Shown: positions 14,253-22,323 of the stretch, piece after piece
Layout of the letters: each line of letters opens with the position of its first letter
Numbering within the stretch: position 1 is the stretch's first letter
Source: Fibrobacter succinogenes subsp. succinogenes S85
GTDB taxonomy: Bacteria > Fibrobacterota > Fibrobacteria > Fibrobacterales > Fibrobacteraceae
Assembly: GCF_000146505.1 (NCBI RefSeq)
Contig: NC_017448.1
Coordinates: 2,670,001-2,702,000 of the forward strand
Length of the DNA: 32,000 nt
Reading direction: 5' to 3'
Program-made: the position numbers and the translations under genes
Notes under the pieces: generated by a model
Database searches by the model: none
What the model was told of the DNA's origin: nothing
Seen by the model: only the letters and a program-made list of their open reading frames with translations

Positions 14253-14490
14253 TTCATTGCAAGCGACAACCTCACAAGGCGAGAGCAGCGGCCACGCTTG
14301 CGTGGGCATTGCCGAGCCGAAGAGGTTGGGCACAAAGTGCCAAGTCTTCAAGCAGGCCGTCGCGGAGAATGAAACTTACATTGCGGGAGAGACGCAGGCT
14401 GTCGCCATCAAGTGGGCTGCCGTTGCCGATGGCTTGGAAGCGAATGACGCCGACGGCGAGGCCTTCAGCTTCACGACGGTAAAAGCGTAA
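14253..14490 (+). pseudogene. orphan ileS C-terminal tail fragment (type A'), starting 1-2 nt after the type-B stop and split by element E3
   Basis: TTCATTGCAAGCGA [E3] AGTCTTCAAGCAGGCCGTCGCGGAGAATGAA...ACGGTAAAAGCGTAA is collinear with ileS 10698-10861. It would encode FIASEVFKQAVAENETYIAGETQAVAIKWAAVADGLEANDADGEAFSFTTVKA*. Confidence 0.85.
14267..14342 (+). mobile_element. structured 76-nt insertion element, copy E3
   Basis: CAACCTC...GAGGTTG forms the outer helix, with AGGCGAG and CCGAGCC strands, an apical CCACG CTTG CGTGG hairpin and a 3' hairpin GGCAC AAA GTGCC. It interrupts GCAAGCGA^AGTCTTC, which is continuous in the intact ileS at 10713/10714. Confidence 0.85.
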
Positions 14491-14511
14491 CTCGAAAAAA
14501 TAAAAAATCTG

Positions 14512-14548
14512 AAAAAACGCTCTTTCCTTGCGAAAGGGCGTTTTTTTT
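14512..14548 (+). terminator. intrinsic terminator closing the ileS-derived block
   Basis: CGCTCTTTC (14518-26) pairs with GAAAGGGCG (14532-40) in 9 bp including one G.T. The loop is 5 nt and a T8 run follows at 14541-48. Confidence 0.8.
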
Positions 14549-14738
14549 GTTCAGATTTTCAAATCAGTTTACTTTTTCTTTTTGTTTTTCGATAATAATT
14601 ATGCGTATATTAGCATATATGCACCAGGCGTGCGTGGAAGGGGCCTGATTTTAGGGGACCTGGGGGAGCATCGTCGAAAATGGTGAAATTGCCGATTATG
14701 ATGGAAAAACGGCGTTTTTATTTAAAAAGGAGTCCAAT

Positions 14739-14900
14739 ATGGAAGAAAAACAAATTGAAAATGTTCAGAACCAGAACAACAAACCCGAAACTAACAAAAT
14801 CGTTCTTCCTCCAAAGAAAGGCGATCCCGGTTACGACGCGTTCATGAGGAGACTTTTTAGATCGGCTGCTTCGAACATGCTGAGGGATGACGAAATATAA
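14739..14900 (+). CDS. small hypothetical protein (53 aa), below the ORF-track cutoff
   Basis: AAGGAG lies 7 nt upstream of the ATG. The sequence is MEEKQIENVQNQNNKPETNKIVLPPKKGDPGYDAFMRRLFRSAASNMLRDDEI*. No similarity was recognised. Confidence 0.4.
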   Translation: MEEKQIENVQNQNNKPETNKIVLPPKKGDPGYDAFMRRLFRSAASNMLRDDEI

Positions 14901-14911
14901 AAGTGGGTAGA

Positions 14912-15019
14912 ATGATTATACAAGATTTGAAATCAACGCTTAACAATTTTTGGTTTTGGGCGAGTGTTGGTTTTTTTATATCCACGTTTGTCACAGAGTT
15001 GATTATTGAATTTTGTTAA
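14912..15019 (+). CDS. possible 35-aa hydrophobic peptide
   Basis: MIIQDLKSTLNNFWFWASVGFFISTFVTELIIEFC* has one predicted TM span. It starts 11 nt after the preceding stop and its RBS is weak. Confidence 0.3.
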   Translation: MIIQDLKSTLNNFWFWASVGFFISTFVTELIIEFC

Positions 15020-15089
15020 ATGCTGACACAATGCGTTCAGAAAAACCTCACAAATACAGTTAAAAGCGCACTAGATTCGGAGGTGTTTT

Positions 15090-15644
15090 ATGGAAAAGTC
15101 GACAATCAGCGATGATCAGCAGGCGTTGCACATGGAAGAACGTGCCATTGCTGATATTTACAGGGCCCGTAAGGAACGCCGTAGACGCATCCTTCGCGAG
15201 AATGTGCCTCTATTTATTCGTAATAGGGAGCGCATTCTTGCTGATGATAAGATGGCGCGTTGCCATATAGACTGCATTCGTTTTGGGCTAGCTTATTCTG
15301 GAGAATGGAATGTGCCGGTGGCTTTCTTGGGCGGATTGATTCGCTTGTGGAAGAATCCGACGTTTCAGGCGGAATGCCCCAAGTGTCATGAAACTGCCTA
15401 TTGTACCGGCGGTGGCGGCAGTCCTCTTTCGGGGGCGAAGAGCATTGCCATGACCTGTGGTTCGTGTGGTCATCGGTTTACGACTTCGGCAACGAAGGCG
15501 GATGAGAATGCGATTGCCTTTGGGAGATCCCTGATTGCAGCGATCAACAGCTCAAATGCGGGGCTAGGAAGCGTGGATGATGAATGCCTCCCCATTGAAG
15601 ATGTTGTACATTTATTGGAACTTGAAGAGTCTAACGCGAAATAG
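15090..15644 (+). CDS. hypothetical protein with a putative C4 zinc-ribbon (CPKCH...CGSCGH)
   Basis: Strong GGAGG at 15079-15083. The protein is 184 aa with a basic N-terminal helix (RARKERRRRILREN), two CxxC pairs and an acidic C-terminus. Confidence 0.6.
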   Translation: MEKSTISDDQQALHMEERAIADIYRARKERRRRILRENVPLFIRNRERILADDKMARCHIDCIRFGLAYSGEWNVPVAFLGGLIRLWKNPTFQAECPKCHETAYCTGGGGSPLSGAKSIAMTCGSCGHRFTTSATKADENAIAFGRSLIAAINSSNAGLGSVDDECLPIEDVVHLLELEESNAK

Positions 15645-15673
15645 GCTTTGTATTACACTTTCTTGTTTAATCT

Positions 15674-15721
15674 TTTACACGAAATGTAAAACTTAAAGTT
15701 ATAATTTACAATTTATGTAAA
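15674..15721. promoter_or_regulatory. pair of TTTACA-N5-TGTAAA palindromes (candidate enhancer/UAS) upstream of the dapF sigma-54 promoter
   Basis: TTTACA CGAAA TGTAAA at 15674-15690 and TTTACA ATTTA TGTAAA at 15705-15721. The centres are 31 bp apart, and the proximal centre is 95 bp upstream of the TGGCAC start. Confidence 0.6.
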
Positions 15722-15807
15722 GATTAAAAAGTATGAGAATCCATTAAAAGTCCTGAAAAATGCCGATTTTCGCTTAAATTCGGTAATTTTAACAATTTCT
15801 GTAAAAT

Positions 15808-15823
15808 TGGCACGTTCTTTGCA
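15808..15823 (+). promoter_or_regulatory. sigma-54 (-24/-12) promoter of dapF-dapL
   Basis: TGGCAC-GTTCT-TTGCA is an exact match to TGGCAC-N5-TTGCW. It ends 44 nt before the dapF ATG. Confidence 0.8.
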
Positions 15824-15866
15824 TTAAGGGGGCGATAATCTTAAACTCCTTTAATGGAATGTGCTT

Positions 15867-16720
15867 ATGAATTTTTCAAAATGGACCGGGTTGGGCAACG
15901 ATTTCGTGCTCTTGGAACCGGGTGAGTCGCTGGATTTTAGCAGCGGATTTGAACAGCGTATCATTAAACTTTGCGACCGTCGTTTTGGCATTGGTGCCGA
16001 TGGCGTAGTTGTTGTGACTCCGATGGATGGCGACGGATGCCTCGTGTTAAACGGGATCAGCGAAGGCCCTGTTTCGAAGGCTGTTGCAAATGGCGTGGAT
16101 TTTGAAATGCGCATTTTCAACGCCGATGGTTCTGAGGCGGCGATGTGCGGGAATGCGACGCGCTGTGTCGCGAAGTACATTCAGACTCGCGGTCTTGCAA
16201 AAGATGCAAATACCAAGGTTTTCAATTTGCATACGAAGAGCGGCCTTGTGCGTCCGGCGCTTTTGGATGATGGCCGTGTGTGTGTGGATATGGGGCTTCC
16301 CAGGACGTTCCTAGGCTCTATCAAGCTTACGGCGGACTGCTATGATTTCACGGCCGAAACGGTCTCGATGGGTAATCCGCATGCTGTGATTTTTGTGGAT
16401 GATATTGAAAAGATTCAGCTTGAAAATTGGGGGAGCGTTCTCGAAGTGGATAGGCAGTTCCCTGACCGCTGCAACATTGAATTTGCCCAGGTGGTTGCTC
16501 CCGGTAAGATCCGTATGCGCGTTTGGGAACGCGGCTGCGGTGTGACGATGGCTTGCGGAACTGGTAGCTGTGCGACTCTCGTGGCAGCCCAGCGTACAGG
16601 CCGCGTGGGCGTTGAAGCGGATGTCATCCTGGATGGCGGCACGCTCCACATCAAGCATGAAGAGGACGGTCCGGTGCTCATGACTGGCCCTGCACAGGAA
16701 GTATTTAAAGGAACAATCTA

Positions 16721-16721
<1 letters not shown>
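15867..16721 (+). CDS. dapF: diaminopimelate epimerase
   Basis: Motifs are MNFSKWTGLGNDFVLLE, FNADGSEAAMCGNATRC, MGNPHAVIFVDD and WERGCGVTMACGTGSCA (two catalytic Cys regions). ATG is at 15867; the track start is a GTG two codons upstream. Confidence 0.92.
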
Positions 16722-17960
<1,239 letters not shown>

Positions 17961-18087
17961 ATTGCTTTTTTCTCTATGCTCAGCCAACTAAGTTCTAAGC
18001 TGCTAGTTACTAGGTCTTAAAAATTCTAGTAACTGATAACTATTAACTAGTAACTGCGCCGAAGGCGCGAATTCTAATTACTATCTT

Positions 18088-19617
18088 ATGTCCATGCCCT
18101 CCTCTATTGGTCCTGAAATTTCGGTCATCCAGAAGATTAGCGTTGCGATTATTCACGAGCGCGATGTGGAAAAGTTGCTCGAGAATGTCCTTGGCATTTT
18201 GGAATCCGAACTTGGAATGTTGCGCGGAACTTTCGCGTTGCTTTTTGGCGATACGCTGAAAATCGAAGCTTCGCGCGGGCTTGACGAAACGGAAAAGCAA
18301 CGTGGCTTTTACCGTATGGGCGAAGGCATTACGGGACATGTGGCCGAGCGTGGCTTGAGCCATGTGATTCCGGACTTGCGTAAGGATTCCAGGTTCTTGA
18401 ACCGTACGGGTAGCCGCCATTACGAAACCCAGGTGGCATTTATCTGCGTTCCCCTGATTCATGATGGTCAGGTCATTGGAACGCTCTCGATTGACCGCCC
18501 GGTGGACGGTTCAACCGATCTGGATCGCGATGTGGCCTTACTCGAAATTATTGCAAACATCACAGGCGATGCGGCTAACGAATGCATTGAACTCCACGGT
18601 GAACGTGAGGCGATGCTTGAAGAAAACCGCAAGCTCCGCGATATGCTTTCGAACAACCCCGGCGAACTGGTGGGTAACTGCCGAGAAATGCGCCAGGTGT
18701 ACGAACAAGTGCGCCAGGTGGCGCCTAGCGATGCAACGGTCTTGATTCGCGGCGGTAGCGGTACGGGTAAGGAAATGATTGCCCGTGCGATTGTGAACTT
18801 GTCTGCGAGAAAGGATAAGCCGTTCATCACACTGAACTGTGCTGCTCTCCCGGAAAACCTTGTTGAAAGTGAACTTTTTGGTCATGAAAAGGGCGCCTTT
18901 ACGGGTGCCTTGAATCGCCGTATTGGCCGTGCTGAAGCGGCAAATGGCGGTACGCTTTTCTTGGATGAAGTGGGCGACCTGACGATGCAAACTCAGGTGA
19001 AGCTCTTGCGCTTTTTGCAGGAACGCACCTTTAGCCGTGTCGGTAGCAACGAAGAACTCCATTCGGATGTGCGCTTCTTGGCGGCGACTAGCCGTAATCT
19101 TGAAGAACTCATTGCGCAGGGCAAGTTCCGTGAAGACCTTTTCTATCGCCTGAACATTTTCCCGATCACCATGCCGGACTTGGCCAAGCGTAAATCCGAC
19201 ATCATCTTGCTTGCGGAGCACTTCATTGAAAAGATGAACTTGCGCTACAACAAGAAGGTGGGTCGCCTTTCGACGACGGCTATTAATTTGCTCATGAGCT
19301 ATCACTGGCCGGGCAACGTGCGTGAACTGGAAAACTGCATAGAACGTGGCGTGCTTACGGCAACGGATGATTGCATTCATAGCTACAACTTGCCGCCTTC
19401 GCTCCAGACGAGCCTGAGCGTAGGCTCTGTGGGCGGAACCCCGAGTGACAAGATTGCGCCTCTCGAGGTGATGATGGATAACTATGAACGTGAAATCATT
19501 ACTGAAGCGATTAAGCGCAATGACGGTAACATCTCTGCAGCAGGGCGCGATTTGGGGGTCTCTCCGCGCATGATGAATTACCGCATGAACAAGCTTGGAA
19601 TTAAGCTCGGTCGATAG
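18088..19617 (+). CDS. sigma-54-dependent transcriptional activator with N-terminal GAF domain and C-terminal Fis-type HTH (NifA/NtrC-like enhancer-binding protein)
   Basis: GAF-like N-terminus, AAA+ Walker A (GGSGTGKE), the GAFTGA motif (HEKGAFTGAL), WPGNVRELEN and a C-terminal HTH (GNISAAGRDLGVSPRMMNYRMNKLGI). There is no receiver domain. Confidence 0.9.
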   Translation: MSMPSSIGPEISVIQKISVAIIHERDVEKLLENVLGILESELGMLRGTFALLFGDTLKIEASRGLDETEKQRGFYRMGEGITGHVAERGLSHVIPDLRKDSRFLNRTGSRHYETQVAFICVPLIHDGQVIGTLSIDRPVDGSTDLDRDVALLEIIANITGDAANECIELHGEREAMLEENRKLRDMLSNNPGELVGNCREMRQVYEQVRQVAPSDATVLIRGGSGTGKEMIARAIVNLSARKDKPFITLNCAALPENLVESELFGHEKGAFTGALNRRIGRAEAANGGTLFLDEVGDLTMQTQVKLLRFLQERTFSRVGSNEELHSDVRFLAATSRNLEELIAQGKFREDLFYRLNIFPITMPDLAKRKSDIILLAEHFIEKMNLRYNKKVGRLSTTAINLLMSYHWPGNVRELENCIERGVLTATDDCIHSYNLPPSLQTSLSVGSVGGTPSDKIAPLEVMMDNYEREIITEAIKRNDGNISAAGRDLGVSPRMMNYRMNKLGIKLGR

Positions 19618-19638
19618 TTTTAATTAATTTATAAACGA

Positions 19639-19673
19639 AAAGGTTGTACGCTTTATGGCGTGCAACCTTTTTT
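19639..19673 (+). terminator. intrinsic terminator after the sigma-54 activator gene
   Basis: AAGGTTGTACGC pairs with GCGTGCAACCTT (one G.T) and is followed by TTTTTTG. Confidence 0.75.
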
Positions 19674-19698
19674 GTATGCTCTGGGGAATGCGAAAAAG

Positions 19699-19727
19699 CA
19701 AAAAAGCCACTCGCCAATGGCGAGTGA
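19699..19727 (-). terminator. intrinsic terminator after glnA (minus strand)
   Basis: CACTCGCC (19708-15), AAT loop, GGCGAGTG (19719-26). On the minus strand a T run follows (A run 19699-19705 on plus). Confidence 0.75.
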
Positions 19728-19767
19728 CTTGTCTTCGGTTTTGATGTGCTTAATTAGAGGCTTGTCA

Positions 19768-21888
19768 TTAGTAGATGAAGAGCATCTCACGGTACTTCGG
19801 AAGCGGCCACTTTTCGTCCGGAACAATCTTTTCGAGAGAGTCCACAACCAAGCGGAGGTCGAGCATACCGTTCAAGATATCTTCGTGCTTGGAAGCGAGA
19901 GCCTTTTCCATCACTTCAATAGCAGCGAGGAGCTTCTTGATGCCTTCGCCAAGCGGCTTGGCGTAAGAATCGAGAGCCGGGAAGCCCTGGTTCAGAGCCA
20001 TTTCGTTGGCCTTGAGAGCGGCGGAGTAAGCTTCGATAGCCTGCGGGAGAATGATGTCCTTGGCCATGTCGCGAGCGATTTCACCTTCGATGTGAATCTT
20101 CTTGTGGTAGTCTTCCATGTTGACTTCGTAGCGGGAATCGAGTTCGCGCTTGTTGAACACGCCGTACTTTTCGAAGAGGGCGACGTTTTCTTTCTTGTTG
20201 AGTGCCTGGAGGGCTTCCATAGTAGTGCGGGTGTTCGGGAGGCCGCGCTTTGCAGCTTCTTCGACCCATTCGTCCGTGTAACCGTTGCCGTTGAAGATAA
20301 CGCGCTTGTGTTCCTTGACGATCTTCTGGAGAAGGTTCTGGAGTTCTTCGTGGAACTTGTCTGCAGGAACGTTGGCGAGCTTGTCGGCGATGATGTCGAA
20401 TGCTTCTGCAACGATCGTGTTGAGGATGACGTTCGGTTCAGAGCAGCTCTGGCTGGAGCCCGGTGCGCGGAATTCGAACTTGTTGCCGGTGAAGGCGAAC
20501 GGAGAAGTACGGTTGCGGTCCGTAGCGTCGCGCGGGAGCGGCGGGAGAGTGTCGGAACCGAGCTTGAGTGCGCCAGCCTGCTTACTGGACTTCGGATCGC
20601 CCTTTTCGAGCTGGTCGACGACGTCAGCAAGCTGGTCGCCGAGGTACATGGAGATGATTGCCGGAGGAGCTTCGTTTGCGCCAAGGCGGTGGTCGTTACC
20701 AGCGCTTGCAACAGCCATACGGAGTAGGTCAGCGTGAGTATCGACGGCGTAAATCACAGCGCAGAGCGTGGTGAGGAAGATGGCGTTCTGGTGCGGGTCC
20801 TTACCCGGGTTCAAGAGGTTGGTCTTACCGTAGTTCACAGACCAGTTGTTGTGCTTACCAGAACCGTTGATGCCTGCAAACGGCTTTTCGTGGAGGAGGC
20901 AGACGAGTCCGTGGCGGTCAGCAACCTGACGGAGGACTTCCATAATCTGCATGTTGTGGTCGCAAGCGAGGTTCACTTCTTCGAACATCGGAGCAAGTTC
21001 GAACTGAGCCGGAGCGACTTCGTTGTGGCGGGTCTTTGCCGGAATGCCGAGCTTCCAGAGTTCCTTTTCCACATCGTTCATGAAGTTCAAAATGCGAGAC
21101 GGAATGCTACCGAAGTAGTGGTCTTCCATCTGCTGGTGCTTAGCCGGAGCTGCACCGAACAAGGTGCGGCCGGCCTGATAAAGGTCCGGGCGCTGGAGGT
21201 AGAAACGCTTGTCGACGAGGAAGTATTCCTGTTCGGCACCGAGCGTGACGGTGACCTTCTGCGGAGCGACACCGAAGAGGCCCATGAGACGGTCGGCGGA
21301 TTTCTGCAAAGCCTGGATGGAGCGGAGGAGCGGAGTCTTCTTGTCGAGTGCTTCACCAGTGTAGCTGCAGAATGCGGTCGGGATGCAAAGCGTTGCACCG
21401 TTGCCGTGACGCTTGATGAATGCCGGAGAGGTCGGGTCCCAGGCGGTGTAGCCGCGGGCTTCAAACGTAGAGCGAAGGCCGCCGCTCGGGAAGGAAGATG
21501 CGTCCGGTTCGCCGACGATCAAGTTCTTGCCGCTGAACGCGAGGATGGCTTTGCCATCTTCGGGTTCAAGGAAGGAGTCGTGCTTTTCTGCAGTAGAACC
21601 GGTAAGGGGCTGGAACCAGTGAGTAAAGTGAGTGGCGCCGCGATCGATGGCCCACTTTTTCATAGCGTGTGCAACTTCGCCTGCGATGCTCGGGTCGAGC
21701 GGTGCGCCGTCATCAATAGTAGCGAAGAGCTTTTTGCAAATGTCTTTCGGAAGGTAGGTGCGCATCGCTTCGGCGTTGAAAACATCTTCGCCGTAAAAGT
21801 CGATGTTTGCAGGTGCTGCCGGCATTACGCCCGTTGCGTTTTCACTTGCGATTTCCTTGATAGCTTTTAATCTGTATTCGTTGCTCAT
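19768..21888 (-). CDS. glnA: glutamine synthetase, type III (GlnN-like, ~700 aa class)
   Basis: The 706-aa length is typical of GSIII. Conserved regions include [29 protein letters not shown] and [15 protein letters not shown] precedes the ATG. Confidence 0.9.
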   Translation of the reverse strand: MSNEYRLKAIKEIASENATGVMPAAPANIDFYGEDVFNAEAMRTYLPKDICKKLFATIDDGAPLDPSIAGEVAHAMKKWAIDRGATHFTHWFQPLTGSTAEKHDSFLEPEDGKAILAFSGKNLIVGEPDASSFPSGGLRSTFEARGYTAWDPTSPAFIKRHGNGATLCIPTAFCSYTGEALDKKTPLLRSIQALQKSADRLMGLFGVAPQKVTVTLGAEQEYFLVDKRFYLQRPDLYQAGRTLFGAAPAKHQQMEDHYFGSIPSRILNFMNDVEKELWKLGIPAKTRHNEVAPAQFELAPMFEEVNLACDHNMQIMEVLRQVADRHGLVCLLHEKPFAGINGSGKHNNWSVNYGKTNLLNPGKDPHQNAIFLTTLCAVIYAVDTHADLLRMAVASAGNDHRLGANEAPPAIISMYLGDQLADVVDQLEKGDPKSSKQAGALKLGSDTLPPLPRDATDRNRTSPFAFTGNKFEFRAPGSSQSCSEPNVILNTIVAEAFDIIADKLANVPADKFHEELQNLLQKIVKEHKRVIFNGNGYTDEWVEEAAKRGLPNTRTTMEALQALNKKENVALFEKYGVFNKRELDSRYEVNMEDYHKKIHIEGEIARDMAKDIILPQAIEAYSAALKANEMALNQGFPALDSYAKPLGEGIKKLLAAIEVMEKALASKHEDILNGMLDLRLVVDSLEKIVPDEKWPLPKYREMLFIY

Positions 21889-21923
21889 GGCAATCTCCTA
21901 TTTGAATTTTTCGGTCTGCCAAA

Positions 21924-21939
21924 TGCAAAAAGTGTGCCA
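21924..21939 (-). promoter_or_regulatory. sigma-54 (-24/-12) promoter of glnA
   Basis: The minus strand reads TGGCAC-ACTTT-TTGCA, 36 nt upstream of the glnA ATG. Confidence 0.8.
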
Positions 21940-22025
21940 AAAGGGGAGACGAACCAGAAAATGGCGAAATCTGCGCGATTTCAAAAATGTAAAAGATTAC
22001 ACTTGATTTTTACTTAGTTGTAAAA

Positions 22026-22071
22026 ATTACAATAAATGAAAAACTTTAATTGAAAATACAAAAAGTGTAAA
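22026..22071. promoter_or_regulatory. pair of degenerate TTTACA-N5-TGTAAA-type palindromes upstream of the glnA sigma-54 promoter
   Basis: ATTACA ATAAA TGAAAA at 22026-22042 (centre 95 bp from the start of TGGCAC on the minus strand) and AATACA AAAAG TGTAAA at 22055-22071 (29 bp further). These match the consensus less well than the dapF and gltB sites. Confidence 0.45.
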
Positions 22072-22141
22072 ACTTAGTGGGTTAAAAGGTTGGTCGGAAA
22101 ATTTCCGAAGATTGTGAAAATTTTCGTGCTGCCGAGTGATG

Positions 22142-22188
22142 TTTACGCGTTGTGTAAAATTACGATATTTCTTTACGATTTTTGTAAA
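22142..22188. promoter_or_regulatory. pair of TTTACG-N5-TGTAAA palindromes (candidate enhancer/UAS) upstream of the gltB sigma-54 promoter
   Basis: TTTACG CGTTG TGTAAA at 22142-22158 and TTTACG ATTTT TGTAAA at 22172-22188. The centres are 30 bp apart, and the proximal centre is 95 bp upstream of TGGCAC, the same spacing as at dapF. Confidence 0.6.
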
Positions 22189-22274
22189 AAGAATACTCTT
22201 TAATGCTCCAATATAAATATGAAAAACCCTAAAAAAACGCCTGTTTTACATTTTATGAGCGGTTTTCCAAAAAT

Positions 22275-22290
22275 TGGCACGGATTTTGCA
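22275..22290 (+). promoter_or_regulatory. sigma-54 (-24/-12) promoter of gltB-gltD-nadE
   Basis: TGGCAC-GGATT-TTGCA, 34 nt upstream of the gltB ATG. Confidence 0.8.
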
Positions 22291-22323
22291 AATAGGAAGC
22301 GCAAAAATTAGGAAAGGATATAT

